From NCBI RefSeq assembly GCF_964194155.1, contig NC_135888.1, forward strand, positions 17,484,001-17,548,000: a DNA stretch of 64,000 nt, read 5' to 3'. Every line of letters begins with the position of its first letter. The first letter of the stretch is position 1. The notes beneath the pieces were generated by a model, which was given only the letters and a program-made list of their open reading frames with translations, made no database searches and had not been told where the DNA came from. Positions 12,481-25,305 of the stretch are shown here, piece after piece. This DNA is from Cetorhinus maximus. Lineage: Eukaryota. The position numbers and the translations under genes are program-made.

Positions 12481-13712
12481 TTTTGGATGCGGGTGTCGCT
12501 GGCTGGGCCGGTGTTTATTGCCCATCCCTAATGGGGGAGGCGGTGGTGTAATGGTATTGTCACTGAGCTGGTAATCCAGAAACACAGGGTAATGCTCTGG
12601 AAATCTGCCATCCTGAACAAGGGCAATTAGGGATGGGCAATAAATGCTGGCCTAGTCAGCGATTCTCACACCCCATGAATGAGTAAAGGAAAAATTGCCC
12701 TTGAGAACTGAGTGGCTGGCTAGGCATTTAAAAGTCAACCACCTCTGGAGCCATGTGTAGGCCAGGCCAGGTAAGGACAGCAGATTTCCTTCCCTAAAGG
12801 ACATTAGTGAACCAGATGGGTTTTTTTCAGAACCATTGACAATGGTTTCATGGCTACCATTAGACTTTTATTCCAGATTTTTATTGATTTCAAATTTCAC
12901 CATCTGCAATGGTAGGATTTAAACCCAGGTATGTGTGCCAGGATTTTCCCATCGGTGAGCAGGGGGCGAGGCCCGCTCGCTGACGCGTCAAATGACGCGC
13001 AGTGACATCGGGCAGAACTCCTGACATCACCGCGCCCCATTTAAATTTTCAGGAAGGCGGGGGCTCAGCAAAATAAGCTGTGCGCCCGCCGACCTGTCAA
13101 TGGCCAATTGAGGCCATTAACACAGTCATTTAAGTAATTAATGGACATGCCCGTCCAACCTTAAGGTTGGCGGGCAGGCCGGGAGCCCTGGCGGGCATTA
13201 GAAAAAGCATAAAACCTCATCCACGGGCGGGATGAGGTTTCATGTAGGTTTTAAAATATTTAATTAAAATGTTTTTAAAAGTTATGGACATGTCCCAACT
13301 CATGTGACAGTGTCACATGAAGGGACATGTCAGGGATTTTTTTTTTCTATTTTTAATATTTTTTGATGTACAGCTGATCTCCCTGAGCCAGCACTTAGCC
13401 TCAGGGAGATGAGTGCGCTCTTTCGTGCGCATGCGCCAAAGAGCGCACTCTCGGCTGAGGGATTCCCCCCCGCCCGCAGAGGGAGTGCATAGCGCTTCCG
13501 TGTGGAGGTCACGCTGGGCGGGCCTTAATTGTCCTGACCACGTAAAATGGCAGCGCGCCCCTAATTGGGGATGCCGATCAGAGGCGCACCTCCACACGCC
13601 CACTCTTCAACTTCCCCCCCCACCGACGGGGGGAGAATTCTGCCCCTGGTGTACTAGTACTAGTTCACTGTACTAGTTCAGTGACAATACCACTATGCCA
13701 CTGCCTCCCCTG
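12481..13712 (-). mobile_element. tRNA-derived SINE with CR1-like tail, carrying a nested deleted SINE copy (12532-12692, +) and a MITE (~12936-13645)
   Basis: Pieces colinear with the intact copy at 23325-23657; MITE right TIR GAATTCTGCCC at 13635-13645. Confidence 0.75.
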
Positions 13713-14424
13713 GTATACTTGAGATCAGCTACAACTAGGTGAAGCATGCCTGGGGTAATCCCTGCCCACTTGTATCTGAATTTCACACTCAAGATCAGTG
13801 AACAGATGTATAACCTCTACATTTGGCAAGCGCCAGCATGGTCAAAAATGACTTTTGCGGCACCTTCCGCCTTTTTCAAATGATCCTATATTCAAGTCCC
13901 AATCTTGGATTTAAACAGTAACCTCGGCTGACCCTTCAGTGCAGCATTGTTGTACGTGTCACTTATGAATGAGGTATTAAAACAAGGTCTGGTCTTTCTT
14001 TTCTGGTGTTCTGGGTGATGTATAAGATCCTTTGATTTTATTTGAAGAAGAGTAGAGAATTGTTCATTCTCACCTAAAACTCCTAGAATCAATTTAAAAC
14101 CGGTCATTTGTCACCTTTGCTGTTTATGTAACCTTGTGTATAAATTGTCTGCTGCATTAACATGATTGTCTTCAAATGTAATCCACAAGCTGTGTAGTAT
14201 TCTGGGATGTCCCGAGGGTGTAATAAGATCTGACAAGTTTCTTAAGGTTCAGGACCTCACATCTTAACCTCACATCCTACATTATAAATCTTTGGCATCA
14301 CATTTATTGGTATAAGCATCTCAGGAACCATGTCCTAAACAGCATTCAATCATCTCTTTTTGGACATCCCCTAAAGGTGCTCAATATCATTTCTAATCAA
14401 ATATTTATCCACCTTTTTCAAAAA

Positions 14425-14775
14425 GAACTTAAGAAATAAGAGCAGGGGTAGGACATACAGCCCCCCAACACCCATTCAAAATAGGTAGGCTGATCTTGGA
14501 CCTCAACTCCACTTTCCCGCCCCATCCTCATATCCCTGATTCCTTTAGTGCCCAAAGTTCTATCGATCTCAGACTTGAACATACTCATTGACTGAACATT
14601 TATGGACCCCAGGAGTAGAGAATTCCAAAGATTCACAACCCTTTGAGTGAAGAAATTTCTCCTCACCTCAGTTCTAAACGGCCGACCCCTCATCCTGAGA
14701 CTGTGAGTTCTAGACTCTCTCCAGCAAGGGAAACAACCTCTCAGCATCTGCACTGTCAAGCCATCTGAGAACCTT
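14425..14775 (-). mobile_element. CR1 (HER1-like) LINE 3' end
   Basis: Minus ORF reads RGRPFRTEVRRNFFTQRVVNLWNSL, the typical CR1 ORF2 C-terminus. Confidence 0.9.
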
Positions 14776-15902
14776 ACACATAATGCGTTAATTTACAAAG
14801 TGTAACTGGGATTCTGTCCTATTATCCCCACAGCCTCTAAGGGTAAAAACCTGTCTAATCTCATGTTTTAAATGAGCCTTGCTAGCTCTGGAGCATTTTT
14901 ATCTGGGTATTTTGAGGGAGGGAGGGGTGAGTGGCACAACCAATGGCAATTTTGTGATTCTGCTTCAGCCAGCTACACCTAGTGACCCGACCTGAGAGGA
15001 GACTGATGGCATTGTAAGCCCACAAATAATATATACAAGACTGGTTTAGCAATCATCTGCCAGCTCGACTGATCTTATTGTGTGATCTAAATGTTGGGGT
15101 GCTGAGGATCCCGCACATTAGCAACAGTTGGTCTCTGTATTACAGAATGAAGCCGGCCTGTGGATCCAATGGAAGCTCAATGCCAGGTGACTGGCACACA
15201 CAGAAGGAATTCCTAGTCTTGAACATAAAAAATGCAAGTTGCCGTAAAACAATAAGCAGAGCCAAACGGTTTCCTGGACTGGTTTTGATCACCTAGAGGG
15301 GTCAGAAAGGAACTTTATTGCTTTTCCTTTTAAATGACCTGGGTTTTAGCTGGATTTTTGTCTCTCCGAAGAGATCGTGTGGCTTTCAAGATGGGTTGGG
15401 AGGGAGGGGTCTAGGTGTTGTGATATACAAGGGATGGCAGTTTGTGGCTCAGGCTGGACCGGCTGGTGGGTATTTCCCTTCCCGTCATTGTCACTTGTTC
15501 ATCTATAAGTGTCTTCTTGCAATCTGAGGTCCGGTTATAGGTTTGAAATGACTCCCTTGGTCTACTTTATAAATTGTACAGTTTTGATTTATTGTAGGAT
15601 GTTACTCGTTTTGGTGCCTGCTCCAGCGAGCACAGACAATGATCGCTGCTGCCCCACCAGCTCCTATCACTCGACATTACTCCTTAAAGAGTAACCGCAA
15701 CTCCATTATTGCCCATGGTTCCCTGGTTAGTTTTTTGCTAAGATCTCAGTAACGACCTCAGATCTAATACTCCATATCACTTAACAAGCTTCGTATTTAG
15801 GGGGAAGTGCCAAGAAGGGAGGAGACTTGCTGCTGTGTCCTCAGCACCAGCAACAGACTCTGCTGGACTCCTGCATTGTCTGCTAGCACTGAGCTGACCG
15901 AA

Positions 15903-15934
15903 ATGGCACAAAGAATGAGCATGAAATATCGCAG
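15903..15934 (+). CDS. ERICH3-like gene, putative start exon (MAQRMSMKYR+AG)
   Basis: ATG in frame to an AG|GTATGA donor, phase 2, matching the phase of the next exon. ERICH3 also has a short phase-2 first exon (recalled). Confidence 0.55.
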
Positions 15935-16355
15935 GTATGACATTGGTAAAAACATGTTACTAAATGAACCTATACAGTTAGGCCACCATATTACTTAATT
16001 GCATAAATATATATTATTTGAATTCAAATGCCTAAGGTTTATATAAGGAGGTGATTCTTTTTGTTGGTTCTAATTACACAATGGATGCACTAAATGTTAA
16101 ATTCCATCTTACAGCTTCCCAATGTATTAATGCTTCTGTGTGTCAGGAATATTTCTGTGCATGAACTAAATATGAGTTTGCGTTAAGTATGTACCTAGCC
16201 TCTCGAAATGCTGGGAATTTAACTGAATGAATGGATTTGTTCAACATAAGTTAAATATAAGTCTTATGTAGATTTGGTAGATATTTTATTTCCAATTAGT
16301 TTGTTGCCATGTAAATTTTCTATCTATTTCTGTCGTACAAGGAGCTCTATTTAAA

Positions 16356-16664
16356 TAAAAACAAAAAGCTAAAAGCTACTGCGGATGCTGGAAATCCAAA
16401 ACAAAAACAGAATTACCTGGAAAAACTCAGCAGGTCTGGCAGCATCGGTGGGGAAGAAATCAGTTAACGTTTCGAGTCTTCATGACCCTTCGGCAGAACT
16501 GAAGCATAGTTAGGAGAAAGGTGAAATATTTTTCACCTTTTACCTTTCTCCTAACTATGCTTCAGTTCTGCCGAAGGGTCATGAAGACTCGAAACGTTAA
16601 CTGATTTCTTCTCCACCGATGCTGCCAGACCTGCTGAGTTTTTCCAGGTAATTCTGTTTTTGTT
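16356..16664. mobile_element. Fold-back Penelope pLTR insertion with 14-bp TSD
   Basis: Near-perfect inverted arms of ~125 bp (~16400-16525 vs ~16540-16664); TSD GAGCTCTATTTAAA at 16342-16355 and 16665-16678. Confidence 0.85.
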
Positions 16665-17669
16665 GAGCTCTATTTAAAGTTGCCTGACACTGCTCTGCAA
16701 TGACATCCTGTCACCTTTCATTTCTGTTTCCTAGAATTTGTCCCTACCCTTCCAGTAGTTTTCACATCCTGAGCCCTTGTGCCCTCACATCCCCCCAACA
16801 CCCCCACTCCGCCCCACCCCCCCCACTCCCACAGACCCCCACACCACCCAGCAAATTATCCCTGGTCATAAAATGTAAGCAGGCAGCTTTCCCTATGGTC
16901 CTGCTGTGTCCAGGCCTCTTATAATTCAGCTGGTGAACTTACCCTCCAGTATACCCTCCAACTTTTGGGGAAGACCTGATGACTGCTAGCAGCATCACTG
17001 AGATTGGAAACTCACCGCTGCAGGTACTGAGGGTACAAATCCACACCCTATTAGGCTGTGTCACCTTTTGATGGTGCACCCACATTTCACACTAACACTT
17101 CACTCGAGTATTTCACTGCTTACAGCCCTTTTGGGGTAAACCTTTTCTTGACGATTTAGTTGGTTGTATTATCCTGACTCTGCTGTTGATCTCCTCTATA
17201 ACCATGCAAACACTTTGCTCTCTTTTAATTTACAATCATGCCTTCTCATTAGAAATACTCAATGGGTAACCAGCAAATGGCTTAGGTCATCCAAATGCAC
17301 CTATGGCAGGTTTCAATTGATGTTTCCTCCTTTCAATCTCCTCCATTCCTTGCCTGAAGGTGCTGACCAGCTAAGGTAGAGTTTCACAGGTGTCAACAGC
17401 CTGACAGCAGCTCACTCAGTGACCGTCGTCAATATATGAGTTGAGAAATTAAGTATTAATGGGTCATTTATCTGCAGAGAACATTAGAGCCAAACTCAAC
17501 ATGGAAGGATGGCAACACTTTCACATCCACTTTCTGTCCAAATCACACATCCCGACTTGGACATACATCACCATTCCTTCATTGTCACTGGGTCAGAATC
17601 CTGGAAGTCCCTAACAAAGCACTTGACCACACGGACTGCAGTGCTTCAATAAGATGGCTCACCAACTGT

Positions 17670-18085
17670 TGTCATTGTCGCTGTATCCCTCGAGTTTAGG
17701 ATGACGTCTACTCAGGGTCATGAGTTTCTGCCATGGGCCTTTATGTGACTGGACAGGCTGATTTTCAGCTTGCAGATCTTTGGGACCATGGGCAGGAAGT
17801 CCCATGAGGTAGAGGGATCCAGAGTGCAGGATTTACCCCCTTTTCTTTCCTTCTCTGCTGCCGCTCTGCCTCATCATTAAGACATTGGGACTCGAAGTGC
17901 GATGCAGTTTGATGGATAAGCTGTCAGCATTTTGAACGATTGGTAGCAAGCTCCTCCCAGTCATTAAGGTCAATGTCGCTGCACTTCAAGGAGAGCTTCA
18001 GCATGTCTTTGAAATGTATCCTTTGTCCTTGGCTGGAATGTTGGCCATTTGAGAGTTAAGAAAACAGGACTTGGTGGGGGATGAC
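17670..18085 (-). mobile_element. RTE-clade LINE 3' fragment inserted in a CR1-like tail
   Basis: Minus strand translates to roughly GQRIHFKDMLKLSLKCSDIDLNDWEELATNRSK, similar to the RTE ORF C-terminus (GGQRKRFKDxLKxxLK...WE..A.DR). The flanks continue one CR1-like tail. Confidence 0.7.
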
Positions 18086-19506
18086 CCATTAGGTCACCAC
18101 CACCTTCTCAAGGGCCATTCAGGATGGGCCATAAATGTTAACCCAGTGATATCCATTTCCCAAGAATGAGTATTAGTTATATTTATAGTGACGCCAGTTG
18201 CAATAATCCCTTGGCTCCCATGACAGGGGTTAGCTAACAGGACACAGATTGGGGGTCCATCTTTCTGTGCTCATTTTAATTGGGCTTTAGCTGGGGTTGG
18301 GAAAAGTAAACAAAAAATTCACTGGTTACAATGAGAGGTCTAGTCATTCATTATAACAGGGCTGGACTGCAGTTATTAACACAAATTTATTGTTGGGATG
18401 ATATCAGCATGCCTTTGGGAGAACTCGCTTTGTTTGACAGAACATGTTTGCATTTATTATTCAAAGGGATAAATTAGTCTGCCTAAAAATACAATGGCAG
18501 GTTCCTGGATTCCTGCCATTCAACAGAGTTTGATGTTTCAGATTTCCCCGAGTTGTGAAGCTGCCAGGAGACTAACACCTTCAGCTGTCAGTTAGAGTAT
18601 CAGGCTGCACTATTTCAAATTCCCATGAAACATGCATAGATGCACACTATTGTAACAGCATTTCAATAGGTTGCTCAATTATTTATTGTTAGTGCTTCTT
18701 GTATTTTATTTTTGATCCGATGAGTGCCTGATGCTCCCCAGCATCATGCTTAGCAGCTTCCAAACCAAATAACTGAGAAACCCACTTTAAATGGGAGTTT
18801 TCCTTTGCCTGTGCACTCTGCGACAGGCAATGTGAAATCTCGATTATATGGTAATGAGTTTCCATTCAGGCCAAATACCCTGACCACCAAGCAAAACACA
18901 CTTTGCATCTAGCTTCCTTCGTTTCAATTCTTTTATGAGCTTTCAGTTTTCCTGTGTCCTGTCTCTCCAATTGACTGTCTATCCATTCATTTACCTGCCC
19001 AACTAATTAAATACACAGGGTTAAGAGGAAAAGGATTGGCACTAAGTTAAAATGCTCAGAAAGCCAGTGCAGATATGATGGGCTGAATGGCCTCCTTCCA
19101 AACCATAACAATTCTGTGATTCTGTGATGATCAATGTGCGTATCTGTGTTTGTGTCTATCTGTCTATGTATGTTTGCAAGTATCCATCTATCTGTCTATG
19201 TATGTTTGCAAGTATCCATCTACCTGTCTATGTGTCCATGTGTATATTTATGGCTTCATATTATTTATCGATGCATGAGCATGTGAATGAGGTTATGTAA
19301 CAATGGAATGCACTACCTGATAGGATGGTGGATGCCAATTCAATGATAGGAGCCTTCAAAAAGAAATTGGATAAGTATTTGAAGAAGAATAAATTTCAGA
19401 AGTATGGGAAAAAGCAGTGGGGCTAATTGGATTGTTGAAGACACTGGTTTGAGACCGGAGTTGCTTGCCCGCAAACTGAATTTGAAATTCTACCATGTTG
19501 TGATTG

Positions 19507-21500
19507 CTACCCCCCGAGAGGATCCTTAACTACGATATCTCTTAATAATCCCACCTCATTACACATTACTAGATCTAAAATAGCTTGTTTCTGGGTAGGT
19601 TCTGCAATGTATTGCTCTAAGAAACAATCCCTGATACACCCTACAAATTCATCTTCCATGTTACCTCTGCCAATCTGATTTGGCCAGTCAATATGTAGAT
19701 TAAAATCACTCATGACAATTATGGCATCCTTCTTACATGCCTCAATTATTTCCCAATTTATACTTTGTCCTACAGTGAGGGGCTCTTCGGGGGCCTATAG
19801 ACTCCCACCCGGGACCTCTTCCCCTTACTATTCCTTATTTCCACCCAACTAATTCCACATCACAATCTATTGCACTTATATCACTAGTCACCACCACACT
19901 GATACCTTCCTTTATTAACAAAGCTACCCCACCTCCTTCTTCTTTTTGCCTATTTTTCTGTCGAATGTGAAATACCCTTGAATATTGAGTTCCCTGTCTT
20001 GGTTACCCTGCAACCACATCTCTGTAATAGCTATCAAGTCACATTCATTTATTTCTATTTGTGCTGTCAACTCATCTATCTTGTTACAAATGCTGCGTGC
20101 ATTCAGATAAAGAGCCTTAAGCGTTGACTTTTTACCATCATTACTCGTTCTAGTTCAACTTCCTGCTGCACTCTTCTGTTTATATTTTCTGCCCCATCCT
20201 GTCACACTTTGATTATCATTCGCCTCTTCACTTCCCTGCACCTCTGCTCTCTCGTTTCTTTTTGATTTTTTGAACCTTCCTTCAGTTGAACCCTCTCTCC
20301 CACTAATTAGTTTAAAGTCCGAACTACAACCCTAGTCATACGATTTGCCAGGACACTGGTCCCAGTATGGTTCAAATGAAGCCCATCCCAAAGAAACAGT
20401 TCTCTTCTTCTCAAGTAATGGTGCCAGTGCCCCATGAATTGGAACCCATTTCTCCCACACCAATCTTTGAGACACACATTTACCTCTCTAATCTTATTTA
20501 CCCAATGCCAATTTGCACGTGTCTCAGGTAGTTATCTGGAGATTATTACCTTTGTGGTTCTGCTTTTTAATTTAGCCCCGAGCTGCTCGTAGTCCCTCAG
20601 CAGAACCTCTTTCCTAGTTCTACCTATGTCATTGGTACCTACGTGGACCACGACAACTGGATCCTTCCCCTCCCACTCCAAGTTCCTCTCCAGCCCAGAA
20701 GAGATGTCCTTAACCTTGGCACCAGGTAGGCAACACAGCCTTCAGGACTCTCTGTCTTTGCTGCAGAGAACAGTATCTATTCCCCTAACTATGCTATCCC
20801 CCATTACTACTAAATTTCCTTTTTCTCCCCCCACTTGAATGGCACTCAGTACCACAGTGCTTTGGTCAGTTCGCTCATCCTCCCTGCAGTCTGTGTCCTT
20901 GTCCACACTGGGAGGAAGAACCTCATACCTATTGGACAAAGGCACTGACTGAAGGTCCTCCAAAGCTAAATTCTGGATCCCCATACCTGCCTCACTCACA
21001 GTCACACCCTCCAGTCCCTGACCACGGTCAAAATTTGATGTAATTAATCTAAGGGGTGTGACTGTCTCCTGAAACACAGTGTCCAGGTAACTCTCCCCCT
21101 CCCTAACGTCTTGCGGTGTCTGCAGCTCGGACTCCAATTCATCAACTCTGAGCCGAAGTTCCTCGAGCAGCCAACACTTGCCACAAATGTGGTCACCGTG
21201 GATCGCACCGGCATCCAACAGCTCCCACATACTGCAGTTGCAACAAATCACTTGCCCAGCCATTTCTATTCTATCTAATTAATTAATCTGGATGTTGAAT
21301 ATTTTAAAAGTGAATTTCTTAACTGTAATCTTCAGCTGTAAGAATGTCTCCTAGAGACACGGAAGAGATACATCCAATCACCTACCTGTTTTCCTTTGAT
21401 GTCACACTCTGGATCTGACAGGTAGAAACAGGTTGAAGGGGCTCTCTGCCACCGGTTTTTATCTCCTGCCGCCGCAGTCCTTCTCACGCAGGTCCGCTCT
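19507..21500 (-). mobile_element. CR1 LINE 5' half: 5'UTR, ORF1 (Zn-finger/coiled-coil/SGNH esterase) and start of ORF2 APE endonuclease; decayed and 3'-truncated
   Basis: ORF 21263-20742 MAGQVICCNCSMWE...ICGKC...LRVDELESEL...VVMGDSIVRGID; ORF 19713-19507 DFNLHIDW...FLEQYIAEPT...AILDLVMCNE. Confidence 0.92.
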
Positions 21501-22797
21501 CTGTTTCTGAACTCTCGGTTCTCCTCTAGCTGTTTTAAACTGAACTCCCGGCTCTCTCCTCTGGCTGTTTAAAACTGAATTTCTGGCTCTCTTCTCACTG
21601 TTTACAACTGATTTCCCGGCTCTCCTCTGGCTGTTTTAAACTGAACTCCCAGCTCTCTTCTCGCTGTTTTAAACTGAATTCCTGCCTCTCTCCTCGCTGT
21701 TTTAAACTGAATTCCTGCCTCTCTCCTCGCTGTTTTAAACTGAACTCCCGGCTCTCCTCACTATTTTAAACTGATCTCCCGACTCTCTCCTTGCTGTTTT
21801 AAACTGATCTCCTGACTCTCTCCTCGCTGTTTTAAACTGATCTCCTGACTCTCTCCTCGCTGTTTTAAACTGATCTCCCGACTCTCCTCGTTGTTTTAAA
21901 CTGATCTCCAGGCTCTCTCCTCGCTGTTTTAAACTGATCTCCCGGCTCTCCCCTCACTGTTTAAACTGATCTCCCGACTCTCCTTGTTGTTTTAAACTGA
22001 TCTCCCGGCTCTCCTCGTTGTTTTAAACTGATCTCCTGGCTCTCCTCGTTGTTTTAAACTGATCTCCCGGCTCTCCTCGTTGTTTTAAACTGATCTCCCG
22101 GCTCTCCTCGTTGTTTTAAACTGATCTCCTGACTCTCCCCTCACTGTTTTAAACTGATCTCCCGGCTCTCCTCACTGTTTTAAACTGATCTCCAGGCTCT
22201 CCTCGTTGTTTTAAACTGATCTCCCGGCTCTCCTCGTTGTTTTAAACTGATCTCCTGACTCTCCCCTCACTGTTTTAAACTGAACTCCCGGCTCTCCTCG
22301 TTGTTTTAAACTGATCTCCCGGCTCTCCTCGTTGTTTTAAACTGATCTCCCGGCTCTCCTCGTTGTTTTAAACTGATCTCCCGGCTCTCCTCGTTGTTTT
22401 AAACTGATCTCCCGGCTCTCCTCGTTGTTTTAAACTGATCTCCTGACTCTCCCCTCACTGTTTTAAACTGAACTCCCGGCTCTCCCCTGGCTGTTTTAAA
22501 CTGAACTCCCGGCTCTCCCCTCACTGTTTTAAACTGAACTCCCGGCTCTCTCCTCGTTGTTTTAAACTGATCTCCCGGCTCTCCTCGCTGTTTTAAACTG
22601 ATTTCCTGACTCTCCCCTCGCTGTTTTAAACTGATCTCCCGACTCTCCTCTCGCTGTTTTAAACTGATCTTCCGGCTCTCCCCTCGCTGTTTTAAACTGA
22701 TCTCCCGACTCTCCCCTCGCTGTTTTAAACTGATCTCCTGCTCTCTTCTCGCTGTTTTAAATTGAACTCCCAGCTCCCCTGCTGTTTTAAACTGTTT
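21500..22797 (-). repeat. Minisatellite, 29-31-bp unit (CTCTCCTCGYTGTTTTAAACTGATCTCCCGG), roughly 43 copies
   Basis: Direct reading; the invariant core GTTTTAAACTGA recurs every ~30 bp. Confidence 0.97.
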
Positions 22798-23324
22798 TGG
22801 CTGGTAGATGGAAACTACCCTGCCCTTGACCCCTCTGTGGGGCATGGAGTCTCCGGCTCTGGTGGCCTCCTGGCCTGCTGCAGGGAGGCCACTTCCACTG
22901 AGCAGACATCGTCTGCACACAGCAAGGGACCCACACCGCTGACAGCAAAATGCCAATGAGCCCCCAAAAATCCCCCTAACTCGGGCCTGATACATCTTAC
23001 TTGGCTGCCATCTCCAATCCTAGTCCCAGCCCACTCCTGGGAATGTTCCCCGGTGGTGGGAATGCATGAGAGGCCCATCCTGACATAGCGCTCACCCTTT
23101 TCCCTGCCCCCCCCACACCACCTCACCTCCAAGCCCGTCATCACTGGGCTAATTCAGCCCAATGTATCAAAATACATATATGTATCAGTTTTTCTATGCA
23201 TGTGTTTATCTTTACATGTATCTCTGTATGAACATATGTATCTATTTGTCTATGTATATTTTATTTCTATCTATTCTAGTTATGTATTTGCAGATTATTG
23301 TATCTGATTTGTCTATTTTTTTTA

Positions 23325-23657
23325 TTCATTCATGGGATGTGGGTGTCACCAGCTAGGCCAGCATTTATTGCCCATCTCTAACTGCCCTTGTTCAGACAGC
23401 ATTTTTAAGAGTCAACCACATTGCTGTGGGTCTGGAGTCACATATAGGCAAGACCAGCAGATTTCCTTCCCTAAAGGGCATTAGTGAATCAGACAGGTTT
23501 TCATGAATATCGTTTCATGGCTTTTAATTCCAGATTTTTATTGGCTTCAAGTTTCACCATCTGATGTGGTGGGATTCAAACCCGGGTCCCCAGAGAATTA
23601 CCCTGGGTCTCTGGAACACTAGTCCAGTGACAATACCACTATGCCACTACCTCCCCT
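23325..23657 (-). mobile_element. Full-length tRNA-derived SINE with CR1-like 3' tail
   Basis: On the minus strand: A-box-like GTGGCATAGTGG, B-box GGTTTGAATCCC, tail GGGCAGTTAGAGATGGGCAATAAATGCTGGCCTAGC. Confidence 0.8.
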
Positions 23658-24273
23658 TGTTTATATCTGTTTGTATCTATCTGTCTCTCTGTGAATGAAT
23701 TCATATATCTCTCTGGCTACAGAACAACCTTTCTGTACGCAGTTCAATATATCAAATATATAAACATGTTTTCTCATGGTCTCATTCCTCTGCATAAAGT
23801 GTCAATTGGTGCTACATTGGGGATATTTTATGCAGACTCTCTATGGACTGGTGTTCCACTGACCTTGTTATGCATCTTGTCATTACACTTTGCTTTTTAA
23901 AACGCTACTGTTGACACCAACAGGTCTATTGTCATTCCCACTTTACAACATTCAGTGTAAACAGTGAAAACTTACAGAATCAGTCACATAAGGGAGATGA
24001 GAATTTCCCTGAACCTGCTGACAGTCTAGGGATTAACATTTATTTTAAGAACAGATTAAAATTCAATCTTACCTACAAATTAGAGAAGCGGGCCTGTCAA
24101 ATGAACGAAGAATTTTTGTCCTGATCTCTAGAATTCTTTACTCTTTCATGGGGGCATGGGCATCCCTGGCAAGTCCAGCGTTTGTTGCCCATCCCTAATT
24201 GCCCTTCAACCAAGTGGCTTAGTATTTAGAGGGCAGTTAAGAGTCAACCACATTGATGTGGGTCTGAAGACAC

Positions 24274-24976
24274 GGGCAGAAATTTGCGCTGAGTGGACGG
24301 GCGCACTGCCGACCCGCTCGAGTGTAAAATGACGCGCGATGACATCAGGCGAGCGTTCCATCATCAATGGCCTTCCTTCCATCATAAGGTCAGAAGTGGG
24401 GGCGTTCGCTGATGATTGCACTCGCGCGATATTTCGGTTGGCGGGTGCGTGCAGGAGTTGGCAGCGCGCCTACTAACAATTAACAGGCCTATTAAGGCCA
24501 TTAAAGCTACAATTGAATGAAATTTTCCGCTGCCCATCCAACCTTACGGCTGGCGGGCAGGCGAAAAGGCCAAGCGGCCTTTGGATTTTTTAGGAAACCT
24601 CATCCGTGGGCGGATAAGGTTTCCCACAGCAATTAAAAATCGAATCAAATTTTTAAATTTCATTCATAACATGTCCCTGCTCATGCGACAGGGTCACATG
24701 AGGGGACATGCTTTTAACATTGGTAAGTTTATTATTTATGAGTTCACAAATCTTCAGCCCCTCTGAGGCAGCTCTGTGCCTCAGAGGGGCTGAAGATTTG
24801 TGAACTCATAAATAATAAACTTACCAATGTTAAAAGCACTGCGGCACGAGTTTCACGCTGGCTGGCCGTTAATTGGCCGGTCAGCGTGAAATCGATGTCG
24901 GGGCCCGATCGCGGGCGGCGGCCGGTTTCACGGCCGGTCCCGGGCCTGCCCGCCCGACAAGGGGAAAATCCTGCCG
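24274..24976. mobile_element. Harbinger-type MITE nested in a SINE (~24145-25110)
   Basis: TIRs GGGCAGAAATTT...AAAATCCTGCCG; 3-bp TSD CAC; the SINE resumes seamlessly at CACATGTAGGCCAGACC. Confidence 0.85.
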
Positions 24977-25214
24977 CACATGTAGGCCAGACCAGGTAAG
25001 GATGGCAGATTTCCTTCCCAATAGGACATTAGTGAACTAGGTGGGTTTTTACGACAATCAATGATAATTTCATGGCCTCCATGAAACTGAGACTAGCTTT
25101 CGATTCTAGATTTTATTACATAAAATTATTTAATTATAATATTCATAAGCAGTGGAATCACGGTTGCACTGCTTTGCAGTCAGCATTTGTTTAATATTTA
25201 TATTTACTTTGCAG

Positions 25215-25305
25215 TCCACTGGACTCATATTACAGCCTTCGAGACAAACATCCTGATTATTTTGCTAAACCGATTCGGGAAAAACATCTCCACAGAGGAG
25301 ATAAG
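25215..25305 (+). CDS. ERICH3-like exon 2 (PLDSYYSLRDKHPDYFAKPIREKHLHRGDK)
   Basis: TTTGCAG acceptor, AAG|GTGAG donor, 91 nt, phase 2->0. Resembles the ERICH3 N-terminal YNSLxDKHLxGYF...RRHL motif. Confidence 0.85.

Noticed and set aside
21500-22797. CRISPR-like array (GTTTTAAAC repeats)
   Set aside because: No unique spacers (inter-core sequence is itself repeated), no cas genes, vertebrate context.
22399-22995. 198-aa repetitive ORF
   Set aside because: Translation of the minisatellite; no splice or domain support.
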